Source: an uncultured bacterium
GTDB taxonomy: Bacteria > NPL-UPA2 > JAADIA01
DNA length: 33,027 nucleotides
Direction of reading: 5' to 3'
NCBI GenBank assembly: GCA_964529935.1
Contig: CAZGXS010000001.1
Location: 1-33,027 of the forward strand
The position numbers and the translations under genes were made by a program. Shown here in pieces: positions 8,271 to 17,102 of the stretch. Below the pieces are notes generated by a model that worked only from the letters and a program-made list of their open reading frames with translations, did not search any database and was not told the DNA's origin. The first letter of the stretch is position 1; each line of letters starts with the position of its first letter.

Positions 8271-8378
8271 CACAGAGTTTCTCAGGATTCAAGGATTCAA
8301 GGATTTGAGGGTTTTTTTAAAGATTTTCCCTTGACCCCTTGAATCCTGGACCCCTTGAACCCTTATTCTTTCTCTGTG
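8271..8378. repeat. AGGATTCA / CCTTGAA hairpin element
   Basis: CAGGATTCAAGG (about 8283-8294) is perfectly complementary to CCTTGAATCCTG (about 8337-8348). There is a tandem 8-mer on the left arm, a T7 run in the loop, and an outer CACAGAG/CTCTGTG pair. Confidence 0.9.
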
Positions 8379-8404
8379 GTTACCGGGTTTCTGAGGATAA
8401 AGGA

Positions 8405-9643
8405 ATGAAGAAGCAGGAATTTGTCGTCGGGCTGGATATTGGCACCACCAAGATCTGTGCTATGGTGGGCCGCCAGGGTGAAGCTGGTGAGGTGGAGATA
8501 ATCGGGGTGGGAGTCAGCCCTTCCAGGGGTTTAAGAAAGGGAGTGGTAGTTAATTTAGAGAGCACTATTGATTCTATAGGGAGGGCTATTGAGAAAGCGG
8601 AGAGTTCCGCTGGTCTTGAGGTATCCCAGGTCTTCACCGGAATAGCTGGAGGGCATATCAAGGGTTTGAATAGTCGGGGGGTGATAGTCATTTCCCGGGG
8701 TTTTCGAGAGATTACCAGAAAAGATATGGATCGGGTCATTGATGCTGCCAAGGCGTTAGCTATCCCTCTCGATCGGGAGGTTCTTCATGTCATTACCCAG
8801 GAATTTATTGTTGATGACCAGGAAGGAGTGAAGGATCCTTTGGGAATGTCAGCCACTCGTTTAGAGGCTGAGGTGCATATTGTTACCGGTGCGGTTACCT
8901 CAGCTCAGAATATAGCTAAGTCTATAAACCAAGCTGGCTTTGAGGTGGAGGATATGGTCCTGGGTCCCCTGGCTTCCGGAGAAGCCGTTTTGACGGCTGA
9001 GGAAAAGCGCTCCGGGGTGATTCTCATCGATATGGGCGGAGGAACCACCGACATCGTTATCTTCGTTGAGGGCAGTATTCGTCATAGCGAAGTTCTGGCT
9101 TTAGGAGGGGACCATGTGACCAATGACATCGCTATTGGGCTACGCACCTCTTCCCTTCATGCCGAAGAGGTGAAGAAGGCTTATGGCTGTGCTCTTCCTT
9201 CCTTAATCAGACGGGAAGAGTCTATTGACTATCCGGGAGTGGAGGGGAGACGGAAAGGCCGAATCTCTCGCACTCAGCTGGCGGAAATCATTGAACCGAG
9301 GATTGAAGAGCTCCTTACTCTCGTTAACGCGGAAGTGGAAAGGACTGGTCTCTCGCACCTGATCTCTGCCGGGGTGGTTTTAACCGGAGGAGCTTCTCTC
9401 CTTACCGGTCTCCCGCAGATGGCGGAACGGATATTTGAGTTACCGGTAAGAATGGGCCGGCCTAATGGAAGAACTAAGGGTTTGGAAAGGATAGGAGATA
9501 GTCCCATCTATGCTACCGGAGTGGGATTAGTTCATTACGGCTTAGATTGTCGGCAGGGAAAAAGAATGGCTCATTTTAAGGGAAGGAACTTGTTCAGTCA
9601 GGTAGCCCTGAGGATGAAGGAATGGTTAGGGGAATTTTTTTAG
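8405..9643 (+). CDS. ftsA: Cell division protein FtsA
   Basis: Actin-fold motifs VVGLDIGTTKICAMV, ILIDMGGGTTDIVIF, GVVLTGGASLL. ATG 8405 has a GAGGA SD. The ORF-track start at 8339 lies inside the repeat element. Confidence 0.93.
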   Translation: MKKQEFVVGLDIGTTKICAMVGRQGEAGEVEIIGVGVSPSRGLRKGVVVNLESTIDSIGRAIEKAESSAGLEVSQVFTGIAGGHIKGLNSRGVIVISRGFREITRKDMDRVIDAAKALAIPLDREVLHVITQEFIVDDQEGVKDPLGMSATRLEAEVHIVTGAVTSAQNIAKSINQAGFEVEDMVLGPLASGEAVLTAEEKRSGVILIDMGGGTTDIVIFVEGSIRHSEVLALGGDHVTNDIAIGLRTSSLHAEEVKKAYGCALPSLIRREESIDYPGVEGRRKGRISRTQLAEIIEPRIEELLTLVNAEVERTGLSHLISAGVVLTGGASLLTGLPQMAERIFELPVRMGRPNGRTKGLERIGDSPIYATGVGLVHYGLDCRQGKRMAHFKGRNLFSQVALRMKEWLGEFF

Positions 9644-9677
9644 CCAACAAGTAATTACTCAGGTATGGCCACAAAGA

Positions 9678-9733
9678 CACGCCTCACGCCTCACGCTACA
9701 GACTACAGGCTTTCAAGCGTGAAGCGTGAAGCC
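9678..9733. repeat. CACGCCT / AGCGTGA hairpin element, copy 1
   Basis: (CACGCCT)x2 plus CACGCTA, loop ACAGACTACAGGCTTTCA, then (AGCGTGA)x2 AGCC. The arms pair over about 17 bp with two C-A mismatches. Confidence 0.9.
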
Positions 9734-9770
9734 TATCTGGTGCCCTGGTGCTCATTAAGGAGGAGAGAAA

Positions 9771-10952
9771 ATGTTAGAATTTAAGGATGAGTTTGATTGT
9801 GAAGTCGATATAAAGATTATCGGAGTAGGAGGCGGAGGAAGCAACGCTGTTGACCATATGGCTGAGGCAGCTCTTTGCGGTATAGACTTTATTGCCGTCA
9901 ATACCGATGCCCAGGCTTTGAGGATGTCTTCTTCGCCTCAGAAGATTCAAATCGGGACAGAATTAACAAAAGGACTAGGTTCGGGAGCCAATCCGGAGAT
10001 TGGGCGAAAGGCGGCCTTCGAAGATCGAGAGAGGATTGCTGAGGCCTTGAAGGGAGCGGATATTGTTTTTATCATCGCTGGATTGGGAGGAGGAACAGGG
10101 ACTGGGGCCAGTCCGGTAATTGCCGAGGTAGCCAAAGAGGCAGGAGCTTTGACGATGGCTGTGGTTACTAAGCCCTTCCTTTTTGAAGGAAGAAAGAGAA
10201 GCCTCCAAGCAGAATCTGGACTGAAAGAGTTGGAGGGTAAGGTGGATACCTTGCTCTGTATTTCTAACCAGAAACTCTTTGCCTCAGCGGAAGAGGAGGC
10301 CTCTTTCCTCGATGCCTTCAAGATGGCTGACGATGTCCTTCTTCAGGGGATAAAGGCTATCTCTGATCTGATTACTGTCCCGGGGCTTATAAACTTAGAT
10401 CTGGCCGATGTGAGAACAATTATTTCTGAGGCGGGGGGAGCTCTCCTGGGAGTTGGTTTCGGCCGGGGAGTGGATCGGGCCAAGAGGGCGGCGGAGGGAG
10501 CGATCACCTGCCCCTTGTTAGAAAAAGCGGATATAAGTGGAGCCCGGGGAGTATTAGTTAATATTACGGGAGGTCCGGACTTAAGCCTGCGGGAAGTGGA
10601 GGAGGCTACTATCACTATCTATGAGACGGTAGATGTAAATGCCCATATTATTTTCGGGGCGGTCTTCGATAAATCTTTAAAAGGAGAAATGAAGGTGACC
10701 GTCCTGGCTACGGGACTGAAGAATGAAAGGGAAGAGGAACAACTCAATCTGGCGCTGGACAGTTTTTCTCAATTCCCGGTCGCCGAGGTGACGACCTCGG
10801 ACAAAAGAGGCTTTTTTGGGAGAAAAAGGAAAAAGAAGGTCGCTATTCCAGAAGGATTTATCAAAGAGACAGCCTTGAATAGTAACCTGGATATACCTGC
10901 TTTTCTCAGACGGGGGAAGGGAGGGGGCGCAATGATGATAGATGGACATTAG
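9771..10952 (+). CDS. ftsZ: Cell division GTPase FtsZ
   Basis: GVGGGGSNAV, tubulin signature GGGTGTGASPVIA, C-terminal peptide DIPAFLRR. AAGGAGG SD upstream. Confidence 0.97.
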   Translation: MLEFKDEFDCEVDIKIIGVGGGGSNAVDHMAEAALCGIDFIAVNTDAQALRMSSSPQKIQIGTELTKGLGSGANPEIGRKAAFEDRERIAEALKGADIVFIIAGLGGGTGTGASPVIAEVAKEAGALTMAVVTKPFLFEGRKRSLQAESGLKELEGKVDTLLCISNQKLFASAEEEASFLDAFKMADDVLLQGIKAISDLITVPGLINLDLADVRTIISEAGGALLGVGFGRGVDRAKRAAEGAITCPLLEKADISGARGVLVNITGGPDLSLREVEEATITIYETVDVNAHIIFGAVFDKSLKGEMKVTVLATGLKNEREEEQLNLALDSFSQFPVAEVTTSDKRGFFGRKRKKKVAIPEGFIKETALNSNLDIPAFLRRGKGGGAMMIDGH

Positions 10953-12513
10953 GAAGCAATTATTAGCGGGGGAGATAGGGACTTGTTACAAGAAAGAAGC
11001 GGAGGTTTCGGTGCTCCTTGTCTATCCTAATAGCTACTTTGTGGGGATGTCCAGTTTAGGATTTCAGACGATCTATTATCAGTTGAACCAGCGTTCGGAT
11101 ACCTACTGCCAGCGGCTGTTCCTTGACTCTTCTCCTCCCCTATCGCTGGAGAAAGGATGGCCGGTAAGCAATTTTGATATCATCGCTTTCTCTGTATCCT
11201 TTGAGCTGGATTATCTGAATATCTTGAAAATATTAGATGTAGTTGCCATTCCTTTAAAAGGAGGAGAAAGGAGCGATGGCCATCCTTTGATTATAGCCGG
11301 AGGGATAGCCGTTTCGGCCAATCCGGAGCCTCTCGTGGAATTCATTGATCTTTTTGTCATCGGGGAAGGGGAAGAGGTTATTCATGAGGTTATTGATGCA
11401 TATAAGACAGTCGCTAATCAACGTCCCCTCCTCAGCAGAAAAGAAATTCTTAAAAAGCTAGCTGAAATTGAGGGTATTTATATCCCCGGATTTTATCAAG
11501 TCTCTTATAATGAAGATGGAACAGTAAAAGCCGTTGAGGCCAGAGACGTTCCCGGAAAGATTAAGAGAAGATGGATAAGGGATATTGACAACTATCCAAC
11601 TGTTTCCCGCATCTTGACCAAAAATACGGAGTTTGGGGATATGTATTTGCTGGAGATCAGTCGGGGATGTCCGGAAAATTGTTATTTTTGTTTGGCCAGC
11701 CATATTTATCGCCCCTGGCGAGTGAGAAGTTTAGAAAAGATATTAGAACAAGCGGAAGAAGGACGGAAACACCGAGAGAGGATAGGACTTATTTCGAATC
11801 TTGCCTCCCGCCATCCCCGGGTGGAAGAGATTTGTTCGCAGGTGTTAAAAATGAAAGGGAGGATCTCCCTATCCTCTCTCCGACCAGGAACTTTGAGCAA
11901 GACTTTGATTCGGTCCCTGGAGGAGAGCGGACAACGGACGATTACCTTGGCTCCGGAAACGGGGTCGGAGACCTTAAGGAAAACTCTTAATAAAGACATC
12001 AGCAACGAAGATATTCTGAGGTCAGTGGAATTGATAGCTAACTTCGCCGTTCCCAACCTTAAGCTCTATTTCATGATTGGTTTCCCCGAGGAAAAAGACG
12101 GAGACATGGCAGCTATTATCGATTTAGTGACTAAGGTAAAAAAGATATTGATGAGGGCAAAAAAGTCAGGTAGAATTACTGTTAGCGTCAATCCTTTCGT
12201 TCCCAAAGCTTCTACTCCTTTCCAGAGGGTAAGGATGGAGGAGGGAAAGACGCTTTCCCGGCGCCTCAAAATCCTGAAAAAGGGACTCCGGGGTTTAGGG
12301 AATGTCAAATTGATTCACGAAAGTATTAAGTGGAGCCTTTGGCAGGGGCTCCTTTCCCGGGGCGACCGACGGTTAGGAAATGTTCTCCTCTCAACCTATA
12401 GATGGGAAGGAGATTGGAAGAAGGCTTTAAGGGAAGAAGGGCTGGATAAGTTTTTCTATCTGCATCGGGAAAGAGGAAAAGAGGAAATATTGCCCTGGGA
12501 TCACCTAATTTAA
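10942..12513 (+). CDS. B12-binding-domain radical SAM protein of unknown function (resembles the TIGR03960-type uncharacterised family)
   Basis: 523 aa. CX3CX2C motif in SRGCPENCYFC. The N-terminal LLVYPNSYFVGMSSLGFQTIYYQLN is typical of this family. ATG 10942 overlaps the last 11 nt of ftsZ. Confidence 0.8.
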   Translation: MDIRKQLLAGEIGTCYKKEAEVSVLLVYPNSYFVGMSSLGFQTIYYQLNQRSDTYCQRLFLDSSPPLSLEKGWPVSNFDIIAFSVSFELDYLNILKILDVVAIPLKGGERSDGHPLIIAGGIAVSANPEPLVEFIDLFVIGEGEEVIHEVIDAYKTVANQRPLLSRKEILKKLAEIEGIYIPGFYQVSYNEDGTVKAVEARDVPGKIKRRWIRDIDNYPTVSRILTKNTEFGDMYLLEISRGCPENCYFCLASHIYRPWRVRSLEKILEQAEEGRKHRERIGLISNLASRHPRVEEICSQVLKMKGRISLSSLRPGTLSKTLIRSLEESGQRTITLAPETGSETLRKTLNKDISNEDILRSVELIANFAVPNLKLYFMIGFPEEKDGDMAAIIDLVTKVKKILMRAKKSGRITVSVNPFVPKASTPFQRVRMEEGKTLSRRLKILKKGLRGLGNVKLIHESIKWSLWQGLLSRGDRRLGNVLLSTYRWEGDWKKALREEGLDKFFYLHRERGKEEILPWDHLI

Positions 12514-12514
12514 G

Positions 12515-12632
12515 GATAAGGCACAAAGTGACAGAGGCACAAAGGCACAAAGGAAAAGATAAAAGCTAATACTTGCAGTTTTTTTAGTTTTTTTTAACTT
12601 TGTGCCTATGTGCCTTAGTGCCTCTGTGCCTG
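12515..12632. repeat. AGGCACAR hairpin element, full copy 2
   Basis: Starts GATAAGGCACA as in copy 1. The loop core AATACTTGCAGTTTTTTTAGTTTTTTTTAACT is about 90% identical to copy 1. Inverted arm CTTTGTGCCTATGTGCCTTAGTGCCTCTGTGCCT. Confidence 0.9.
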
Positions 12633-12690
12633 TCCGTACCAGGGCTTGCCAGAACCTGCAAATCAGGGATAGAGAAGGAGGGATATTTGT

Positions 12691-13506
12691 ATGGTTACCA
12701 CATTGGAAAACAAAACAAACAACGGAAGAATGGCCTGGAGGGAAGAGCAGGGAATAAGACATCTTATCTTTCCCCGTTTTGGGGAAGCTGGTCTTTCTCT
12801 CCATGCTTTTACCTCTCGTCCCTTTGATCTTGGATTTGGAAGGAGGGAAAGAGAGGATGTTCTCAAAGACAGGAGAAAAGTATGCCGGGTTTTGGGGATA
12901 AACTTTCTTCTGCTGACGGCGGGAGAACAGGTTCATGGGGCCAGGATAGTCAAAGCTGGTGAAGAGGAGAGGGGAAGGGGAACACTCAGCTCGGAAGGAG
13001 CTATTCGCCAGGCAGATGGTTTTATTAGTAATGTCCCCGGCGTTCCCTTAACTATTCTTACTGCTGACTGTATTCCTATCTTTGTCCTGGACCCGGTCAG
13101 AAAAGCTATCGGTTTGGTTCACGCGGGATGGAGAGGAACATTATGTCGAGTGACGGAGAGCGTGGTGATGATGATGGGGGAAGAATATGGAAGCCGGCCG
13201 GAGGAACTGATAGTAGCTCTGGGCCCATCCATCGGACCCTGCTGTTATGAGGTGGGGGAGGAGGTAGTTAGTGCTTTTCAGGAGCAGTTTACGGATTGGC
13301 CATCGTTTATCTCTTCTAAGCTTGCCGGAGAAAGGTGGATTTTAGACCTCTGGGAGGCTACTCGTCTTCAATTGATAAGAGTTAAGGTTAAAGATGATAA
13401 TATCATCAACATCCGCATGTGCACCAGCTGCCACAATGATGTCTTCTTCTCCCGGCGACGCGATGGTTCTCCTGCCGGCCGCATGATGTCCCTCATGATG
13501 CTTTAA
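12691..13506 (+). CDS. pgeF: Peptidoglycan editing factor PgeF / YfiH (DUF152, laccase-domain) protein
   Basis: 271 aa. HAGWRG motif, a conserved Cys/His set (TADCIP, CTSCH), GAAGGAGGG SD, and the typical location downstream of ftsZ. Confidence 0.88.
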   Translation: MVTTLENKTNNGRMAWREEQGIRHLIFPRFGEAGLSLHAFTSRPFDLGFGRREREDVLKDRRKVCRVLGINFLLLTAGEQVHGARIVKAGEEERGRGTLSSEGAIRQADGFISNVPGVPLTILTADCIPIFVLDPVRKAIGLVHAGWRGTLCRVTESVVMMMGEEYGSRPEELIVALGPSIGPCCYEVGEEVVSAFQEQFTDWPSFISSKLAGERWILDLWEATRLQLIRVKVKDDNIINIRMCTSCHNDVFFSRRRDGSPAGRMMSLMML

Positions 13507-13565
13507 AAGGGCCCAATCTTTCTACTAATAAAGAGCACAGGAATTTTTGTGTTGGAAAGAAGGAA

Positions 13566-13594
13566 TTGACTTGAGAAAGAAGAAATGATAGAAT
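13566..13594 (+). promoter_or_regulatory. Candidate sigma70-type promoter for lepB: TTGACT-17-TAGAAT
   Basis: Hexamers and 17-nt spacing were read directly, about 50 nt upstream of the lepB ATG. This spacer has no word repeats. Confidence 0.4.
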
Positions 13595-13645
13595 TGCAGA
13601 GTAATTTTTTAAGCGCATTCTATCTAAAGTGAAAGGTGCCCATAG

Positions 13646-14344
13646 ATGAAGAAGCAGGAAACAGCGAGCAAGAAATTGGAGAAGACAGGGGAAGGGGAGA
13701 GGAAATCTCTATTTCGGATATGGATAGTAGAAACATTGCTTCCCGCCGGGATTTGTGCTTTATTTATCATTACTTTCGTTGTTCGAATTTACCACATTCC
13801 CTCCGGCTCCATGAGACCGACATTAGAAGTTGGAGACCGTATCCTGGTGGCCAAATTTATCTATGGAATTCGGGTTCCTTTTACCGGGAGATGGCTCTTC
13901 CAGCGCCAACCTCCGCGAAGGGGAGATAATATCGTCTTCCTTTTCGATGAGGGCCAGGAAGAAGAAAGAGGGTTCGTTGAGAAAATTATCGGTTCCCTTT
14001 TCCGGGGAGAAGCCTGGAGTGAGAGAAAGAATTTTATCAAGAGGATAGTGGCCACCCCGGGGGAGCGAATGGAGATTAACGATGGGAATCTGTATATCAA
14101 TGGGCAACTGATAGATGAATCCCCCGCTTTTCCCCGGGAACGATTTTATTATAACTTACATGGAGAGAATCTATTTTACACTCAAAGAGAGATAGCTATT
14201 CCGGAAAGTAATTTCTTTGTCCTTGGTGATAATAGCGCCCGTAGTCGAGATAGCCGCCACTGGGGATTTGTCCCCTTAGAAAGGGTCAGGGGGAAGGCTA
14301 TCCTTATTATCTGGCCACCAGGAAGGATGGGAATTATTCGTTGA
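13646..14344 (+). CDS. lepB: Signal peptidase I
   Basis: N-terminal TM segment, catalytic Ser box GSMRPTL, Lys box KRIVATPGE, GDNSARSRDSRHWGFVP. Confidence 0.95.
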   Translation: MKKQETASKKLEKTGEGERKSLFRIWIVETLLPAGICALFIITFVVRIYHIPSGSMRPTLEVGDRILVAKFIYGIRVPFTGRWLFQRQPPRRGDNIVFLFDEGQEEERGFVEKIIGSLFRGEAWSERKNFIKRIVATPGERMEINDGNLYINGQLIDESPAFPRERFYYNLHGENLFYTQREIAIPESNFFVLGDNSARSRDSRHWGFVPLERVRGKAILIIWPPGRMGIIR

Positions 14345-14347
14345 CTC

Positions 14348-14376
14348 TTGACAAGAAGTCAGATTAGTAGTATCTT
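14348..14376 (+). promoter_or_regulatory. Candidate sigma70-type promoter for grpE-dnaK-dnaJ: TTGACA-17-TATCTT
   Basis: Perfect -35 hexamer, 17-nt spacer and a weak -10, located 30 nt upstream of the grpE ATG. Confidence 0.3.
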
Positions 14377-14405
14377 TTTGAGGGTCACCGAGGAAAGGGC
14401 AACCT

Positions 14406-15035
14406 ATGTTGGGAAGGAAGGAAAAAATACAATCAAAGCTGGAAGGAGAAGCGGATAAGAAAAAAGTAAAGCCGAAATCGAAAAGAGGAGGAAGGAAGCT
14501 ATCCCTTTCCCAGGAAAAGTGGCAAGAGATAAGTGAGAAAGCGAAATTAGCTGAGGAGCGATTTGACCGTCTCTTGAGACTTCAGGCGGAATTTGAGAAC
14601 TATCGTAAGAGGGTTAACAGGGAGAGAGGCGAGTTCATTCAGTATGCTTTAGAAGATTTCATCTGTGACCTCTTGCCGGTAGTTGATAATTTCGAACGGG
14701 CTATTGCCTCAGCCCACCAGCACGACAATTCTCCGGCTCTGCTTCAGGGAGTAGAGATGATTTATAAGCAGGTGCAGGATGTTTTAGCCAAGAGGGGGCT
14801 GGAGAAGATAGAAGCTCTGGGTAAGAAGTTTGATCCCCGGGAACACGAAGCCGCGATGCAGGTAGAAAGTAAAGAGCATGCGGATAATACGGTTATTGAA
14901 GAGAGCTTAGCTGGGTATAAACTCAAAGATAAGGTGATTCGACCAGCCATGGTTAAAGTTTCTACAAAGAAGGCACAAAGGCACAAAGTAGCAAAGGCAC
15001 AGGGTGAAGAAGTTAAGGACAAGAAAGCCCAATAA
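14406..15035 (+). CDS. grpE: Nucleotide exchange factor GrpE with repeat-encoded C-terminal tail
   Basis: RLQAEFENYRKR, FDPREHEA, and the conserved end RPAMVKVS. This is followed by about 24 extra residues (KKAQRHKVAKAQ...) encoded by AGGCACAA units. Confidence 0.93.
   Translation: MLGRKEKIQSKLEGEADKKKVKPKSKRGGRKLSLSQEKWQEISEKAKLAEERFDRLLRLQAEFENYRKRVNRERGEFIQYALEDFICDLLPVVDNFERAIASAHQHDNSPALLQGVEMIYKQVQDVLAKRGLEKIEALGKKFDPREHEAAMQVESKEHADNTVIEESLAGYKLKDKVIRPAMVKVSTKKAQRHKVAKAQGEEVKDKKAQ
14971..15002. repeat. (AGGCACAA)-type tandem octamers x4 inside the grpE 3' end (left arm only)
   Basis: AGGCACAA AGGCACAA AGTAGCAA AGGCACAG, read directly. No inverted TGTGCCT arm follows. Confidence 0.85.
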
Positions 15036-15040
15036 ATTGG

Positions 15041-15067
15041 GCAACTACAAAGACGAACTGTAGTTGC
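15041..15067 (+). terminator. Stem-loop GCAACTACA-N9-TGTAGTTGC between grpE and dnaK (possible attenuator or processing site)
   Basis: Perfect 9-bp stem followed by TTGATTT. The adjacent palindrome is CTTGAT-TT-ATCAAG. There is no strong U-run, so this is not a canonical terminator. Confidence 0.3.
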
Positions 15068-15159
15068 TTGATTTATCAAGCTAACTAACAGGTGCTTATA
15101 CTTTCCTATACCTTTAAAAAACTTACGACTTACAACTTTAACAAGGAGGTAAATAAAAG

Positions 15160-17097
15160 ATGTCTAAGATAATTGGAATAGATTTGGGTACGACTAACTC
15201 CGTGGTCTCCGTTATGGAGGGAGGAGAACCAACTGTCATCGTTAATGCCGAGGGAGCCAGGACCACCCCTTCCGTGGTTGCTTTTACTAAAAGCGGGGAG
15301 AAGCTAGTGGGGCAACCGGCTAAGCGTCAGGCAGTTACCAATTCGGATAATACTATCTTCAGCATCAAGCGGTTTACGGGAAGGAAACATTCCGAAGTAG
15401 CTGAAGAAGAAAAGATTGTTTCCTACAAAGTAGGTGAAGATGATAAGGGTAATGTCGCGGTATTAGCTCAAGGTAAAAAATATACGCCTCCGGAAATAGC
15501 GGCGGCGATATTGCAGAAATTGAAACAGGCGGCGGAAGATCATTTAGGGGAAAAGGTTGAGGGAGCCGTTATTACTGTTCCTGCCTACTTTAACGATTCT
15601 CAGCGCCAGGCCACTAAAGATGCCGGTGAAATTGCTGGTCTTAAAGTAGAAAGGATTATTAACGAACCGACGGCAGCAAGTTTAGCTTATGGCCTGGGAA
15701 AGAAAAAGGATGAGAAGATAGCAGTATTTGATCTGGGCGGGGGAACGTTTGATGTTTCTATTCTGGATGTAGGAGATGGGGTTTTTGAAGTAAAAGCTAC
15801 TAAAGGGGATACTCATCTGGGAGGAGATAATTTCGACCAGAAGATTATTGATTGGGTGGCGGGAGAATTCAAGAAAGAAAACGGTATTGACCTACGCAAT
15901 GACAAGATGGCCCTCCAGAGGCTGAAGGAAGCGGTAGAGAAAGCTAAATGCGAACTGTCTTCCAATATGCAGACGGAGATCAACCTTCCTTTTATCACTG
16001 CGGATTCTACCGGACCCAAACATCTAACGATGACCTTAACCCGGGCTAAGCTGGAACAGTTAGTAGCAGATCTGGTTGAGAGGACCAAAGGACCGTGTCG
16101 GGATGCTCTTAAAGACGCCGGTTACTCACCTGATAAAATTGACGAAATCGTGCTTGTTGGTGGTCAGACCCGGATGCCGAAGGTGCAGGAAGTTGTCAAG
16201 GAGATATTTGGTAAAGATCCACATCGGGGAGTAAATCCTGATGAAGTTGTCGCCGTAGGTGCTGCTATCCAGGGCGGAGTGCTGAGCGGGGAAGAAGGAC
16301 TCTCTGATGTAGTGCTTCTTGATGTTACCCCTTTATCTCTGGGCATAGAGACTTTGGGGCAAGTAATGACAAGGCTTATCGAGCGTAATACCACCATTCC
16401 TACCAGAAAGAGCCAGATATTTTCCACGGCTGCTGATAACCAGCCCGCAGTTTCCATTCATGTTCTGCAAGGGGAAAGAGATATGGCGATTGATAATAAA
16501 ACCCTGGGCCGGTTTGACCTGGTAGGTATTCCTCCGGCTCCGCGGGGAATTCCTCAAATTGAAGTTACCTTTGATATAGATGCTAACGGCATTGTCCATG
16601 TGTCGGCCAAGGATTCGGGAACCGGCAAGGAACAGAAAATAAGGGTGGAATCATCCAGCGGGATCTCTAAAGAAGATATCGAGCGTATGGTTAAGGAAGC
16701 AGAGCAACATAGTGAGGAGGATAAGAAGAAAAAAGAGCAAGTGGAAATTAGAAATCAGGCGGATACTCTGATATATACAACAGAGAAGTCCTTGAAGGAT
16801 TATGGAGACAAAGTCAGCGAGGAAGAAAAGAAAAAAATCAACGAAGCTTTGGATAAGGTGAAAGAATCTCTTAAAAGCGATGATGCTGAGACAATTAAAA
16901 AAGCTTGTGAGGGGCTCACCCAAGCTTCCCACAAATTAGCCGAGGCGATGTATCAGCAGGCAGCTAAACAGCAGACAGAAGCTCAGGCAAAGACAGAAAC
17001 GCCAAAAGAAGAAACGAATAAGGATGAGAAGAAGAGCGAGGGAGAAGATATCATTGATGCTGAGTATAAGGTAGAGGACGAAGAGAAAAAGGAATAA
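15160..17097 (+). CDS. dnaK: Molecular chaperone DnaK (Hsp70)
   Basis: 645 aa. [39 protein letters not shown] upstream. Confidence 0.98.
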   Translation: MSKIIGIDLGTTNSVVSVMEGGEPTVIVNAEGARTTPSVVAFTKSGEKLVGQPAKRQAVTNSDNTIFSIKRFTGRKHSEVAEEEKIVSYKVGEDDKGNVAVLAQGKKYTPPEIAAAILQKLKQAAEDHLGEKVEGAVITVPAYFNDSQRQATKDAGEIAGLKVERIINEPTAASLAYGLGKKKDEKIAVFDLGGGTFDVSILDVGDGVFEVKATKGDTHLGGDNFDQKIIDWVAGEFKKENGIDLRNDKMALQRLKEAVEKAKCELSSNMQTEINLPFITADSTGPKHLTMTLTRAKLEQLVADLVERTKGPCRDALKDAGYSPDKIDEIVLVGGQTRMPKVQEVVKEIFGKDPHRGVNPDEVVAVGAAIQGGVLSGEEGLSDVVLLDVTPLSLGIETLGQVMTRLIERNTTIPTRKSQIFSTAADNQPAVSIHVLQGERDMAIDNKTLGRFDLVGIPPAPRGIPQIEVTFDIDANGIVHVSAKDSGTGKEQKIRVESSSGISKEDIERMVKEAEQHSEEDKKKKEQVEIRNQADTLIYTTEKSLKDYGDKVSEEEKKKINEALDKVKESLKSDDAETIKKACEGLTQASHKLAEAMYQQAAKQQTEAQAKTETPKEETNKDEKKSEGEDIIDAEYKVEDEEKKE

Positions 17098-17102
17098 GAA
17101 AA

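Noticed and set aside
8339-8404. N-terminal extension of FtsA (and similarly of GH130 at 1937-1966) suggested by the ORF track
   Set aside because: The extensions are translations of the repeat elements from non-ATG starts. Internal ATGs with SD sequences give canonical N-termini.
12505-12936. 143-aa minus-strand ORF, and the 75-aa plus-strand ORF at 12600-12827, across the rSAM-pgeF spacer
   Set aside because: Both are read through the low-complexity AGGCACAR palindrome and overlap the well-supported pgeF CDS. They show no SD and no recognisable motif.
13636-13929. 97-aa plus-strand ORF overlapping the lepB 5' region
   Set aside because: It is in a different frame from the motif-rich signal peptidase CDS, and it has a non-ATG start and low-complexity sequence.
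14345-15159. CIRCE/HrcA operator (TTAGCACTC-N9-GAGTGCTAA) upstream of grpE or dnaK
   Set aside because: I looked for it and found no match. The only palindromes are GCAACTACA-N9-TGTAGTTGC and CTTGATTTATCAAG, which do not resemble CIRCE.
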